NCBI GenBank assembly: GCA_902762295.1
Contig: CACWNX010000001.1
Span: 465,671-529,670, forward strand
Direction of reading: 5' to 3'
Length of the DNA stretch: 64,000 nt
Origin: an uncultured Pseudomonadota bacterium
GTDB lineage: Bacteria; Pseudomonadota; Alphaproteobacteria; Rs-D84
The first letter of the stretch is position 1. The number at the start of each line of letters is the position of its first letter. Below are positions 33,334-41,826 of this stretch, in pieces. Under the pieces are notes generated by a model. It saw nothing but the letters and a program-made list of their open reading frames with translations. It was not told the DNA's origin and did not search any database. Made by a program: the position numbers and the translations under genes.

Positions 33334-33669
33334 CTATGCCGCCATCGCGATGTTGGTTTCGGATTTGTCGCTTTCGGCATCCATGATGCGTTTTGCTTCG
33401 GCAAAGACCATTTCTTTCACACGCAATGCTAATTCTTTTGTTTCAAGTGACTCCGCCGCGACATCAAAATTATCGGTTCGAATCTGTAATGAAACATATG
33501 CCCCAACCAACGAAGTGCGTGGTAAATCTTCGATTGAACGTGGCGCATTGTTGTGGCCAATTTGCAATTCGTCACTAAGTGATATTATTTGGCGGTCGGC
33601 ATTGACCCACACAGTTGTACTTAAAACTTTGTGCAGGGCAATCATAATTTCTTTGATGTTTTTCGGCAT
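33334..33669 (-). CDS. Hypothetical protein (111 aa)
   Basis: AAAGGAGG RBS before the ATG. The C-terminal half (..AYVSLQIRTDNFDVAAESLE..) loosely resembles the YfiA/HPF strand-helix region, but the N-terminus is too short for that fold, so the resemblance is unconfirmed. Confidence 0.4.
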   Translation of the reverse strand: MPKNIKEIMIALHKVLSTTVWVNADRQIISLSDELQIGHNNAPRSIEDLPRTSLVGAYVSLQIRTDNFDVAAESLETKELALRVKEMVFAEAKRIMDAESDKSETNIAMAA

Positions 33670-33777
33670 GTGCGTTCCCTCCTTTCTGGGTGTGGTTGCA
33701 AAAACTTAAGCCAGTTTGTATTTACATTGTGTATTTACAAAAGACTGAATTAAATTTTTATTTGTTTTTTATTTTTC

Positions 33778-33818
33778 CCCAGAAAACCGCGTTCCCTTTA
33801 GATTTCTGGGCGTTTTTT
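33778..33818 (+). terminator. Terminator-like hairpin with no upstream protein gene on this strand
   Basis: CCCAGAAA-(17-nt loop)-TTTCTGGGcgtttttt. Contains one copy of the ATTTCTGGGCG motif. Confidence 0.35.
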
Positions 33819-33928
33819 ATTCGGTCCCTTTGTCTATACACGGATGATAGAACAAAAACGAATCGTGGGTCAAGAGAAAAAATGTAAAAAAATAAAAAAA
33901 TTTTTAAATTTTTATCAACGTATTGTAA

Positions 33929-35515
33929 TCAGACGAATTTTTCGGGGATAATTTTTGAGATTGTTTTCAGTATGCGTCTGAATATTGTGGTATCGGGGTC
34001 ATAATTGTATATACATGGTTCACAATCATTCTTTTTTTGCCCTGTCCATGTGGTTTCGCCATTATTTATCGTGACATGCCATGATGTTTTTGTGTCGTGC
34101 ATAATCATATCACGCAGTTTCTTTGCAAATTCTGGGCACTCAAAAATAACAACATTTTCGGTGTTGTAATATGCGCTGCGCGGGTCCAGGTTGAAACTGC
34201 CTATCCATGAAATTTTGTCGTCAAAGACAATTGTTTTGCTGTGCATAATGGAAAATCGCGATTTGTCGCGGTCGTACAATTTATCACGCGTGTTTTCAGC
34301 CGCCGACATAAATTCGTATACATTTACACCGGCGTTTATCAGTTCGCTGCGATATTTTTCCCATTTACCATATACAGTCGTTGCATTTGTAGATGCCAAT
34401 GAATTTGTGATAATTGTTATATCAACACCATTTTTTTTGCTGTGATGCACCGCGTTCATACCGCCATCGCCCGGAACCAGGTATGCCGCCGATATGTATA
34501 TGTTATGTTTGGTGTCGTGCCAAAGTTTATTAAGTGTGGTAATAATTTCGCCCGTGTATTTTTCTTTTTTTTCTTTGGGCATTTCAACTTTTTCGGGTGG
34601 GTCGGCGATAAATTGTCCATGCCCCCAACAGAAATCAAAATTTTTCATTTTAAATTCACGTATTGCCCATGAAATAATCGTATTATATTTTCGCGCGTTT
34701 TTTGCACTGGTTTCCTGAATTTTGTTAAATTTATTTTCTAATTTTTGCATAGCGCGTTTTGATACAGCCTTGGGAATAACGGATGCCGGTACCGCCAAGT
34801 GATGCGCCCAGTACTGATTAAAACTTTCGGTCGCATCGCGCGGAACCGCCCCAAGAAATAATACATCGGTATCGGAAAAGTTTGATGATGTTTCTGGGAT
34901 AAAATAATCGCTGGCGACATTGCGACCGCCGGTAATCATCGCGACATTATCGATGATGAACAGTTTGTTATGCATGCGCGAATTCAGACGATTAAAATCA
35001 AATAATATTTCTGGGTAATATAAAATGCGTGAACGATGTCGCACTGCGTTAAAAATTTTTACTTCTATGTTTGGATGTTGATTAAGAAGTATCACATCGG
35101 CGATATCTGAACGTGTTCCATAGTCGTCAATCAAAATTCGGATTTTTACACCACGGTCGGCTGCTTTTTTTAATTCGCCAATCAAAACATGCGATGAAAA
35201 ATCATTACTGTAAATATACGTTTGTAAATCAATCGTCTTGGTCGCCATGCGTGCAAATGCCGCACGAATAACAAATGCGGACAGGCCATCTTCAATTAAC
35301 GATGCGCCGGTCACAGATTTGTCGCGTGACAATTCCGATTTATATTGTGATGCAATTGGTGTCTGCATCGGGTCGTATTCAAAATCTGATGCAATAATTT
35401 TCGGATTATATGTCGCAAGTCGCCGGTCGCGCAAACTTGTTGGTATTGTCGTGCAACCAACCAATGGCAATGCCATTAAAAAAATTTTTTGCAATGTATT
35501 GCGTGCGTTTTTCAT
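33929..35515 (-). CDS. Phospholipase D / cardiolipin-synthase family lipoprotein (two HKD motifs)
   Basis: Lipobox ..FLMALPLVGC after MKNARNTLQK. HKD motifs HNKLFIIDN..GGRN and HSKTIVFDD..GSFNLD. About 528 aa from the Met at 35515; the ORF-track start is 35554. Confidence 0.7.
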   Translation of the reverse strand: MKNARNTLQKIFLMALPLVGCTTIPTSLRDRRLATYNPKIIASDFEYDPMQTPIASQYKSELSRDKSVTGASLIEDGLSAFVIRAAFARMATKTIDLQTYIYSNDFSSHVLIGELKKAADRGVKIRILIDDYGTRSDIADVILLNQHPNIEVKIFNAVRHRSRILYYPEILFDFNRLNSRMHNKLFIIDNVAMITGGRNVASDYFIPETSSNFSDTDVLFLGAVPRDATESFNQYWAHHLAVPASVIPKAVSKRAMQKLENKFNKIQETSAKNARKYNTIISWAIREFKMKNFDFCWGHGQFIADPPEKVEMPKEKKEKYTGEIITTLNKLWHDTKHNIYISAAYLVPGDGGMNAVHHSKKNGVDITIITNSLASTNATTVYGKWEKYRSELINAGVNVYEFMSAAENTRDKLYDRDKSRFSIMHSKTIVFDDKISWIGSFNLDPRSAYYNTENVVIFECPEFAKKLRDMIMHDTKTSWHVTINNGETTWTGQKKNDCEPCIYNYDPDTTIFRRILKTISKIIPEKFV

Positions 35516-35619
35516 ATGTATGTTTATTATAGATTGTTGTTGTTTGTTTCGCAAGGTTATCGGTGTTCAGATTTTATTCCGCGTTTAATAAAAAAATTTA
35601 AAAAAGTTGTTTGTTTGGC

Positions 35620-35648
35620 TTGCGTAAAATTCATAAAAATGATAAAAT
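35620..35648 (+). promoter_or_regulatory. Candidate extended -10 sigma70 promoter for the 35676 gene
   Basis: TTGCGT, 17-nt spacer containing TG, TAAAAT; followed by an AAGGAAGGAAAGG RBS. Confidence 0.45.
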
Positions 35649-35675
35649 CTTGACTAAGGAAGGAAAGGTTTTTCA

Positions 35676-37931
35676 ATGAAAAGACGTTTTTTTATGCTGA
35701 TTGGGCTGTTGGTGACACCTGCAATGGCGGAGGTTGCGCCTGTTTTTTATGATGACGAATTGCCTATTGAATATTCAGATATGGACGAAGTCACAGATGA
35801 ACAATTCGATACAGAACCGATTGTGACCCCAACAGTCGTGGCGCCTATAAAAGTTTCACGTCAGCCGTACACAACATCTTCGCGTAGTGTTTCATCCCAG
35901 GCGGTTTCGTCCCGCGTGGCACCAGTATCTCGTGGAACTGCGGCTTCGGGTCGTACATCATCGGCTGCTGATGGTCGTGTTGTCGCAGCGCGCACCGGGA
36001 CAAGTACATCGCCACGTACCGTATCAGAGCCAAGTCGTTCGGGTGTGACATCACGCAGTGCCACATCAAACCGCACATCACCTGGAACTGCGACTCGTGC
36101 AGCAACAACAAGTCAAACCTCGGAAATAAGAACAATTGGATATGTAGATACAACAACAACTCCATTGTACAACGCGAACGGTGCAGCATCATCAACACCA
36201 CTGTACAACGCGAACAGCACACGTATCAGTGTCCGCGGTACTGGTGTAAGCGCACGTGTTCCAACAATTCGTGTGGCCAGTGCAGCAAACAGTTTATCTG
36301 GTTCAGATATGTCTACATCAACGGCAACCAGCCTGCAAGATATGGATAGCCTTGCCGAAATGACAGATTACTGCAAGGCGCAATATGCTGCATGTATGGA
36401 TAATTATTGCAATGTTTTGGATGATAACCAGGGACGTTGCAGTTGTAGCGCAAACCTGAAAAACTATGCCAAGGCGGAAAGTGCATTAAAGTCTGCAACA
36501 AATGAATTACAAGAAGTTGCCCAGAAAATCCAATATATCGGATTGAATACTCGCGAAATTGAAACATTATTCAGTGAAACCGAGGCGGAAATCGCTATGT
36601 CGGGCAAAACTGATACCAGTCAGATAAAAACTAGTCTTGATAAAATCAAAGATATGTTGATAGAAGTGCGCACAGGTAACGCCACCAGTGATAACAGCCT
36701 TAGCAATTTTGGGTTTGACCTGAACGGGCTTTTGGACTTTACAATTGACAGCACCGGTTTCGATATTAGCGCATTCCTTGGGACATTCGGCACAGGCACC
36801 AACAGTGTCACAAATCAACGTGGTGAAGAATTGTATAAAACCGCACAAAATCGTTGTAAATCGGCGGTGTTGCGCAGTTGCACAGCCCAGGGGGTTGATG
36901 CAAACCTTATAACGAACAGTTATGATTTACAAATAGATAAAGAATGCATACTGTACGAACGCAGTTTAACGGATGCAAATGACCAAATGGTTGCAACTGT
37001 GCGTAACGCAAAGAGCGTGTTGCAAAAGGCGCGTTTATTGGTGTCGCAACAAAAAAATGTTTATGATATGCGCGGATGCATAAATGCGTTGGATGCATGT
37101 ATGCAGGATGAATTTGTATGCGGAACCGATTATGAAAATTGCCTTGATCCAACAGGGCGGTACATAGTAAATGGTGCGATAGTTATCGGCAGTCAACCCG
37201 GTCATGTTATTGATCCAAATGGCACCCCAAGTGCAGTAATGACCAGTGATGTTTGCAAGATAAATTTATATCGTACATGGGATATCGGCACATGCCAGTC
37301 TAATAAAGGCAATGCGTGGGGTTCGGACACGAATGATACATTGGCAAACTATATATCAACTTATGTGACACAAACCGCAGCCCAGTCATCAAGTACAAAT
37401 ATGGCGGAATTCTTGCAGAACAAGATTGGCTATGTCAGTGACACACGCAATTTCGGCATGTGCGTATCGGTCCTTAATAAATGCCAGGACTATACATACA
37501 AAACAACTGGTAGCAAGACAGTGTATGATCCAACAAACGATGTTATTAAACAGTATTTGGAACGCGTACTGATTCAGATAAAAGCGAAACAGGATTCTAT
37601 CTTGGCGGATTATGCAGACAGTTGTATTAGTGATGTGTCAACGTGTTTATCACAGAATGGATATCCAGCAGATGAACCAAGCACATGGACGAATGGTGGC
37701 AGTCAACAGATTCAAGCGAATATCGCAATAAATGCATGTCGCCCAACAATCGTCACATGTATGTCGGTTAATGGCTATTCAACAAGTACACCAACACCTG
37801 GTGAAATGAATTGTTGGGTTATGGGATTGTTGTTTAATACACAAACATCACAGTGTATGAATAATTATTCGGGCAGTGGTACAAACTCTTCACAGAGTCA
37901 GCTTGTCGGTCATGATGATAATAGCATTTAA
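35676..37931 (+). CDS. Large secreted protein: signal peptide, Ser/Thr/Arg-rich low-complexity linker, 500-aa Cys-rich C-terminal domain
   Basis: MKRRFFMLIGLLVTPAMA signal. Residues about 60-160 are S/T/R/A-rich (..SRSVSSQAVSSRVAPVSRGTAASGRTSSAADGR..). A tandem 12-aa repeat TPLYNAN.. x2 follows. The C-terminal domain has about 30 Cys. No family recognised. Confidence 0.6.
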   Translation: MKRRFFMLIGLLVTPAMAEVAPVFYDDELPIEYSDMDEVTDEQFDTEPIVTPTVVAPIKVSRQPYTTSSRSVSSQAVSSRVAPVSRGTAASGRTSSAADGRVVAARTGTSTSPRTVSEPSRSGVTSRSATSNRTSPGTATRAATTSQTSEIRTIGYVDTTTTPLYNANGAASSTPLYNANSTRISVRGTGVSARVPTIRVASAANSLSGSDMSTSTATSLQDMDSLAEMTDYCKAQYAACMDNYCNVLDDNQGRCSCSANLKNYAKAESALKSATNELQEVAQKIQYIGLNTREIETLFSETEAEIAMSGKTDTSQIKTSLDKIKDMLIEVRTGNATSDNSLSNFGFDLNGLLDFTIDSTGFDISAFLGTFGTGTNSVTNQRGEELYKTAQNRCKSAVLRSCTAQGVDANLITNSYDLQIDKECILYERSLTDANDQMVATVRNAKSVLQKARLLVSQQKNVYDMRGCINALDACMQDEFVCGTDYENCLDPTGRYIVNGAIVIGSQPGHVIDPNGTPSAVMTSDVCKINLYRTWDIGTCQSNKGNAWGSDTNDTLANYISTYVTQTAAQSSSTNMAEFLQNKIGYVSDTRNFGMCVSVLNKCQDYTYKTTGSKTVYDPTNDVIKQYLERVLIQIKAKQDSILADYADSCISDVSTCLSQNGYPADEPSTWTNGGSQQIQANIAINACRPTIVTCMSVNGYSTSTPTPGEMNCWVMGLLFNTQTSQCMNNYSGSGTNSSQSQLVGHDDNSI
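36159..36230 (+). repeat. In-frame 36-nt tandem repeat (2 copies) inside the 35676 CDS
   Basis: ACTCCATTGTACAACGCGAACGG.. and ACACCACTGTACAACGCGAACAG.., encoding TPLYNANGAASS / TPLYNANSTRIS. Confidence 0.6.
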
Positions 37932-38257
37932 TGATGCAATATTAAATGCATAACTAGGCCGGCGATGGTCGCAATGGTTATTATAATCAAAATTATTCGC
38001 TGGGTGCGATGGTGGTGCGTTGCGTCACAGTGTTCACATTTGCAATCATGACTACTGAAATACATCAACCATGATAATATCAACATTAAACCCGAAAATA
38101 TAAACAGCCAAATTTCGGCACTTTCCGGAATTATCTCGTGATCGGCGATATCGGGTGCAATCATACCAACCAATCCCAACACAACCGGCAACACACAACA
38201 AAACATGTGTGGTAACAATCCTGCAATAATTCCAATTTTAACCGCACGATTTTTCAT
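37928..38257 (-). CDS. MerT-like small metal-ion transport membrane protein
   Basis: 109 aa, 3 predicted TM helices. TM1 carries a vicinal Cys pair in HMFCCVLPVVLGL, like the MerT CCxxP motif. The TM2-TM3 cytoplasmic loop reads HDCKCEHCDATHHH (Cys/His-rich). No merR, merP or merA adjacent. Confidence 0.45.
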   Translation of the reverse strand: MKNRAVKIGIIAGLLPHMFCCVLPVVLGLVGMIAPDIADHEIIPESAEIWLFIFSGLMLILSWLMYFSSHDCKCEHCDATHHHRTQRIILIIITIATIAGLVMHLILHH

Positions 38258-38283
38258 AATTTGTATCCATTTTTTTTATTTCT

Positions 38284-38359
38284 TGGTATCCCCAGCCGGA
38301 ATCGAACCAGCATCTAATTCTTAGGAGGAACTTGTTCTATCCAATTGAACTATGGGGAC
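38284..38359 (-). tRNA. trnR: tRNA-Arg (anticodon CCT)
   Basis: Reverse complement GTCCCCATAGTTCAATTGGATAGAACAAGTTCCTCCTAAGAATTAGATGCTGGTTCGATTCCGGCTGGGGATACCA: 7-bp acceptor stem, anticodon loop CTCCTAA, T-loop TTCGATT, encoded CCA. Confidence 0.85.
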
Positions 38360-38446
38360 ACGATAGTAATTTTAATCCCAGATTTTCATATTGCAAGTTA
38401 TATTAAAATATGTATAATACATGAACGCTGTATTGGAAGTTTTGAT

Positions 38447-39385
38447 ATGGGAAATAAACTGATTGGATATGGTTCGTATTTGCCCGCCCGCGTTATGACC
38501 AACGCGGATTTTGAACGTATAATGGATACGACCGATGAATGGATTGTTTCGCGCACCGGGATTCATGAACGGCATATGGCCGCAGAAAATGAAACAGTTG
38601 TGGATATGGCAACAAATGCCGCGCGTGCCGCATTAAAAAATGCGAATATTGGTATAGATGATATTGATATGATTATTGTTGCGACAACTACACCAGAATT
38701 AGACTTTCCATCGGTTGCGGTTCAGGTTATGGGTCGTCTTGGGGCAACGAAAAATATACCTGCGTTTGATGTGCGCGGTGCGTGTACGGGTTTTATTTAT
38801 GCGTTGCACTGTGCACGTGGATTTTTTTCGGCGGGTATGCATGAACGTATTATGGTAATTGGTGCCGAAAAAATGTCGCGGTTTATTGATATGACCGATC
38901 GTTCAACGGCGGTTCTGTTCGGTGATGGTGCAGGCGCACTAATTTTTGAACATTCGTCATCAAGTTATTCGGGGATTATTGACACAGTTGTTATGTCAAA
39001 TGGTAAAATGTTTGATATGTTGCACGGTTCACCTGACCACCGAATAATTATGAATGGTCCCGAAACATATAAAATGGCGGTATCGCTGATGCCGGATGCA
39101 GCGCGTTATATTATGGAACATGCCGGCATAACCCAGAATGATATTGATTGGATTGTGCCACACCAGGCGAACATTCGTATTATTCAGTCGTGTGCGGCGC
39201 GTTTGGGATTTCCGATGGAAAAAATTTTAATAACCGTAGATAAACATGCGAATACCAGTGGCGCATCTGGTGCGTTGGCGCTGGCATACGCATTTGACAA
39301 TAATATAATCAAACATGGGCAACTTGTTCTGTATCCTGCATTTGGCAGTGGACTGACATGGGGCGCAACATTAATAAGGGTGTAA
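38447..39385 (+). CDS. fabH: 3-oxoacyl-ACP synthase III
   Basis: MGNKLIGYGSYLPARVMTNADFERIMDTTDEWIVSRTGIHERH.., active-site Cys region GACTGF, C-terminal GSGLTWGA. The ORF-track start (38345) overlaps tRNA-Arg, so the Met at 38447 is used. Confidence 0.85.
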   Translation: MGNKLIGYGSYLPARVMTNADFERIMDTTDEWIVSRTGIHERHMAAENETVVDMATNAARAALKNANIGIDDIDMIIVATTTPELDFPSVAVQVMGRLGATKNIPAFDVRGACTGFIYALHCARGFFSAGMHERIMVIGAEKMSRFIDMTDRSTAVLFGDGAGALIFEHSSSSYSGIIDTVVMSNGKMFDMLHGSPDHRIIMNGPETYKMAVSLMPDAARYIMEHAGITQNDIDWIVPHQANIRIIQSCAARLGFPMEKILITVDKHANTSGASGALALAYAFDNNIIKHGQLVLYPAFGSGLTWGATLIRV

Positions 39386-39388
39386 AAA

Positions 39389-39676
39389 ATGGCAACAATA
39401 ACAAGAAATGATTTGGCAAATAAATTACGTGATAAATTCGGTTTCACAGGAGCACAAGCCGGAAAATTGGTTGATTTAATTTTTGATGAAATTTGTGAAG
39501 CATTGATTAACGGCGAAGAAGTTAAATTTGCCGGTTTTGGAACATTCAAAATTCTGGACAAATCTGCACGTATTGCCCGCAATCCAAAAACTGGTGAAAC
39601 GGCAATCGTCACGGCGCGACGCGTCACAACATTTCGCCCAAGTACAGAATTCCGCAAACGCGTTGCAAAGAAATAG
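39389..39676 (+). CDS. ihfA: Integration host factor subunit alpha
   Basis: ..GFGTFKILDKSARIARNPKTGETAIVTARRVTTFRPS.. HU/IHF fold with the IHF-alpha pattern; conserved position after fabH. Confidence 0.8.
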   Translation: MATITRNDLANKLRDKFGFTGAQAGKLVDLIFDEICEALINGEEVKFAGFGTFKILDKSARIARNPKTGETAIVTARRVTTFRPSTEFRKRVAKK

Positions 39677-39749
39677 CAGGCATTTATTCATTAAACATTT
39701 ACACCAATTACCAAAATATGCTATAATAACCTGAACACAGGAGAGATAT

Positions 39750-40679
39750 ATGAAGATAGCAATTATTGGTGTTGGTTCGGTTGGTTCGGCGGTTGCAACC
39801 GCCGTGAAGAACACAGGGCTTGTTCACGAAATTGTCTTGTTCGACCGCGACAGTATCCGCGCACGCGCCGCCGCCGAAGACCTTGGGCATGCGGCAACAT
39901 TTGGATTTGATGTGAAAATAAATGCAGTTGCAAATTATCGCGGAATTCGTGGTTCTGATATTGTGATAATCGCCGCCGGCGCAAATCAAAAACCGGGCGA
40001 AACGCGTACTGATTTGCTGCAGAATAATGCCGAAGTGGTTCGTGATATTGTGCCACGCGTTATGGCAAATGTTGACCCAAAACGCGTTATTTTAATTCTG
40101 GTCACAAACCCGTTGGATGTTATGGTTATGTTGGCCCAGAAATTGTCTAATTTGCCACCGGCACGTGTTATTGGTACGGGCACAATGTTGGATACGGCGC
40201 GCCTGCGCACGATATTGGCGCGTGGACTGGGGGTGTCCCCGCAATCGATTCATTCCTATGTAATTGGTGAACATGGCGACAGCAGTGTTATCGATTGGTC
40301 GTCCATCACCGTTGGTGGACTGGGACTGGATGATTTTTGTCATCAGGTAAAGGTCCCATTGACCACCACAGTGCGCGAGACAATTGAATATCGTGTTCGT
40401 AATGCGGCATATGAAATTATTCGTGGTCGTGGTGCAACATGGGACGGAATCGGTGCCGCGGTTGCAGATTTGATGAAGTGTGTAATAAATGATGAACATC
40501 GGATATTGACGGTGTCAACGGTTTCGGGTACGGGGCATAACATTGTTGCCATGTCGTTGCCACGTGTTGTTGGTGCCGATGGAGTTATAACGACACTGAA
40601 CCCCAAAATGTCGGCAACTGAATCTTCGGCATTGCGACGCAGCGCACGTATTATCCAAAAGAATTTTGCAAAAATTTAG
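39750..40679 (+). CDS. mdh: Malate dehydrogenase, LDH-like type
   Basis: MKIAIIGVGSVGSAVA NAD fold; ..GTGTMLDTARLRT..IGEHGDS.. LDH/MDH family. Confidence 0.75.
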   Translation: MKIAIIGVGSVGSAVATAVKNTGLVHEIVLFDRDSIRARAAAEDLGHAATFGFDVKINAVANYRGIRGSDIVIIAAGANQKPGETRTDLLQNNAEVVRDIVPRVMANVDPKRVILILVTNPLDVMVMLAQKLSNLPPARVIGTGTMLDTARLRTILARGLGVSPQSIHSYVIGEHGDSSVIDWSSITVGGLGLDDFCHQVKVPLTTTVRETIEYRVRNAAYEIIRGRGATWDGIGAAVADLMKCVINDEHRILTVSTVSGTGHNIVAMSLPRVVGADGVITTLNPKMSATESSALRRSARIIQKNFAKI

Positions 40680-40770
40680 TGCATGGGGGAAAACATACCC
40701 GCCCATTGGCAAACATTCATATTTAAGATGATATCTGATTGTGCTATTGTTATATATAGGGAAAACAATA

Positions 40771-41073
40771 ATGCCGACAGATATAGAATATGAACGTTTA
40801 CAAAATGGTAATGGTTTTTGTGCGAAATACCATGGTCATAAAATCGGCGAAATAGATATTGTCACCATTGGCGCAAATCGTATTATTATTGAATCAACAA
40901 CTATCGATGATAATTTTCGTGACACCGAACTTTGTCGAAACTTGGTTCAGTGTGTCGCAGATTTTGCACGACGTACACATAAAAAGATTTTATCACTCTG
41001 TCCACGTGCACAATCAATATTTAATCGGTATCCAGAATTTGATGATGTGCGCTTAATCAGTGCCGCAGAATAA
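40771..41073 (+). CDS. Small GNAT-fold protein (YjdJ-like acetyltransferase domain)
   Basis: About 100 aa; ..HTHKKILSLCPRAQSIFNRYPEFDDV.. matches the short GNAT-like family pattern. Confidence 0.5.
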   Translation: MPTDIEYERLQNGNGFCAKYHGHKIGEIDIVTIGANRIIIESTTIDDNFRDTELCRNLVQCVADFARRTHKKILSLCPRAQSIFNRYPEFDDVRLISAAE

Positions 41074-41098
41074 AAGAATTCGGATAAAACCGCGTTCT

Positions 41099-41686
41099 TT
41101 ATACATCCAGGTTGCTGACAACAAAATTCCAATCTATTAAACTGTCCAGGAATGCATCAACAAAATCACTGCGCCGATTTTGATAGTCAAGATAGTATGC
41201 ATGTTCCCATAAATCCAACGCAAGAACCGGCCTTTTACCATGTGCAATTGGCGTATCTGCATTTTTGGTGGCGATAATTTCAAATTTATCATTATCGTAT
41301 GTCAACCAAACCCATCCCGAACCAAATACATCGCCGGCAACAGATTTGAATTTTTCTTTGAATTCGGCCGCGCCACCAAATGCATCAGATATTAAATCCG
41401 GAACCATAGTGTTGCCACCGCGTCCCAAACAATTAAAAAAGAATTCGTGATTAAAAATTTGGGCCGCGTTATTAAATATTTTTTGTGCGTTTTCATCGCG
41501 CGCCGAATTTATAATAATTTCACGCAAATCCATATCGGCATATTTTGTATCTGCAATCAGTTTATTTAAATTTGCAATGTATGTTGCAAGGTGTTTCCCA
41601 TAATGAAATTGTACCGTTTCAACAGACATATATGGAACCAAATCTGTTTCACGAAACGGTAACGGAAAATCGTTCAGCTGGAACAT
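41099..41686 (-). CDS. sodB: Fe/Mn superoxide dismutase
   Basis: ..FNNAAQIFNHEFFF.. and metal-ligand motif DLWEHAYYLDYQNRR. Confidence 0.9.
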   Translation of the reverse strand: MFQLNDFPLPFRETDLVPYMSVETVQFHYGKHLATYIANLNKLIADTKYADMDLREIIINSARDENAQKIFNNAAQIFNHEFFFNCLGRGGNTMVPDLISDAFGGAAEFKEKFKSVAGDVFGSGWVWLTYDNDKFEIIATKNADTPIAHGKRPVLALDLWEHAYYLDYQNRRSDFVDAFLDSLIDWNFVVSNLDV

Positions 41687-41826
41687 TGTCTTTCTCCTTT
41701 GGCTTTTTCTATTTTATATAATAATATTTTTGTCGCCATAGGAAAAATAGTTTATTTTTTGTTAAAAATCACTTGCACGATATGCGTTGTTATTTCTATA
41801 ATCAGATTAAAATAAAAGGAGAAAAA

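Noticed and set aside
33670-33720. Possible sigma54-type promoter (TGGCTTAACTTTTTGCA) upstream of the 111-aa gene
   Set aside because: GG-to-GC spacing is one nucleotide longer than the -24/-12 consensus, and the HPF-like identity of the downstream gene, which would have motivated it, is itself doubtful.
33690-33887. 65-aa plus-strand ORF in the island spacer
   Set aside because: No RBS; runs through the hairpin/terminator region and direct repeats. It is more likely a non-coding regulatory region (see the finding on 33690-33928).
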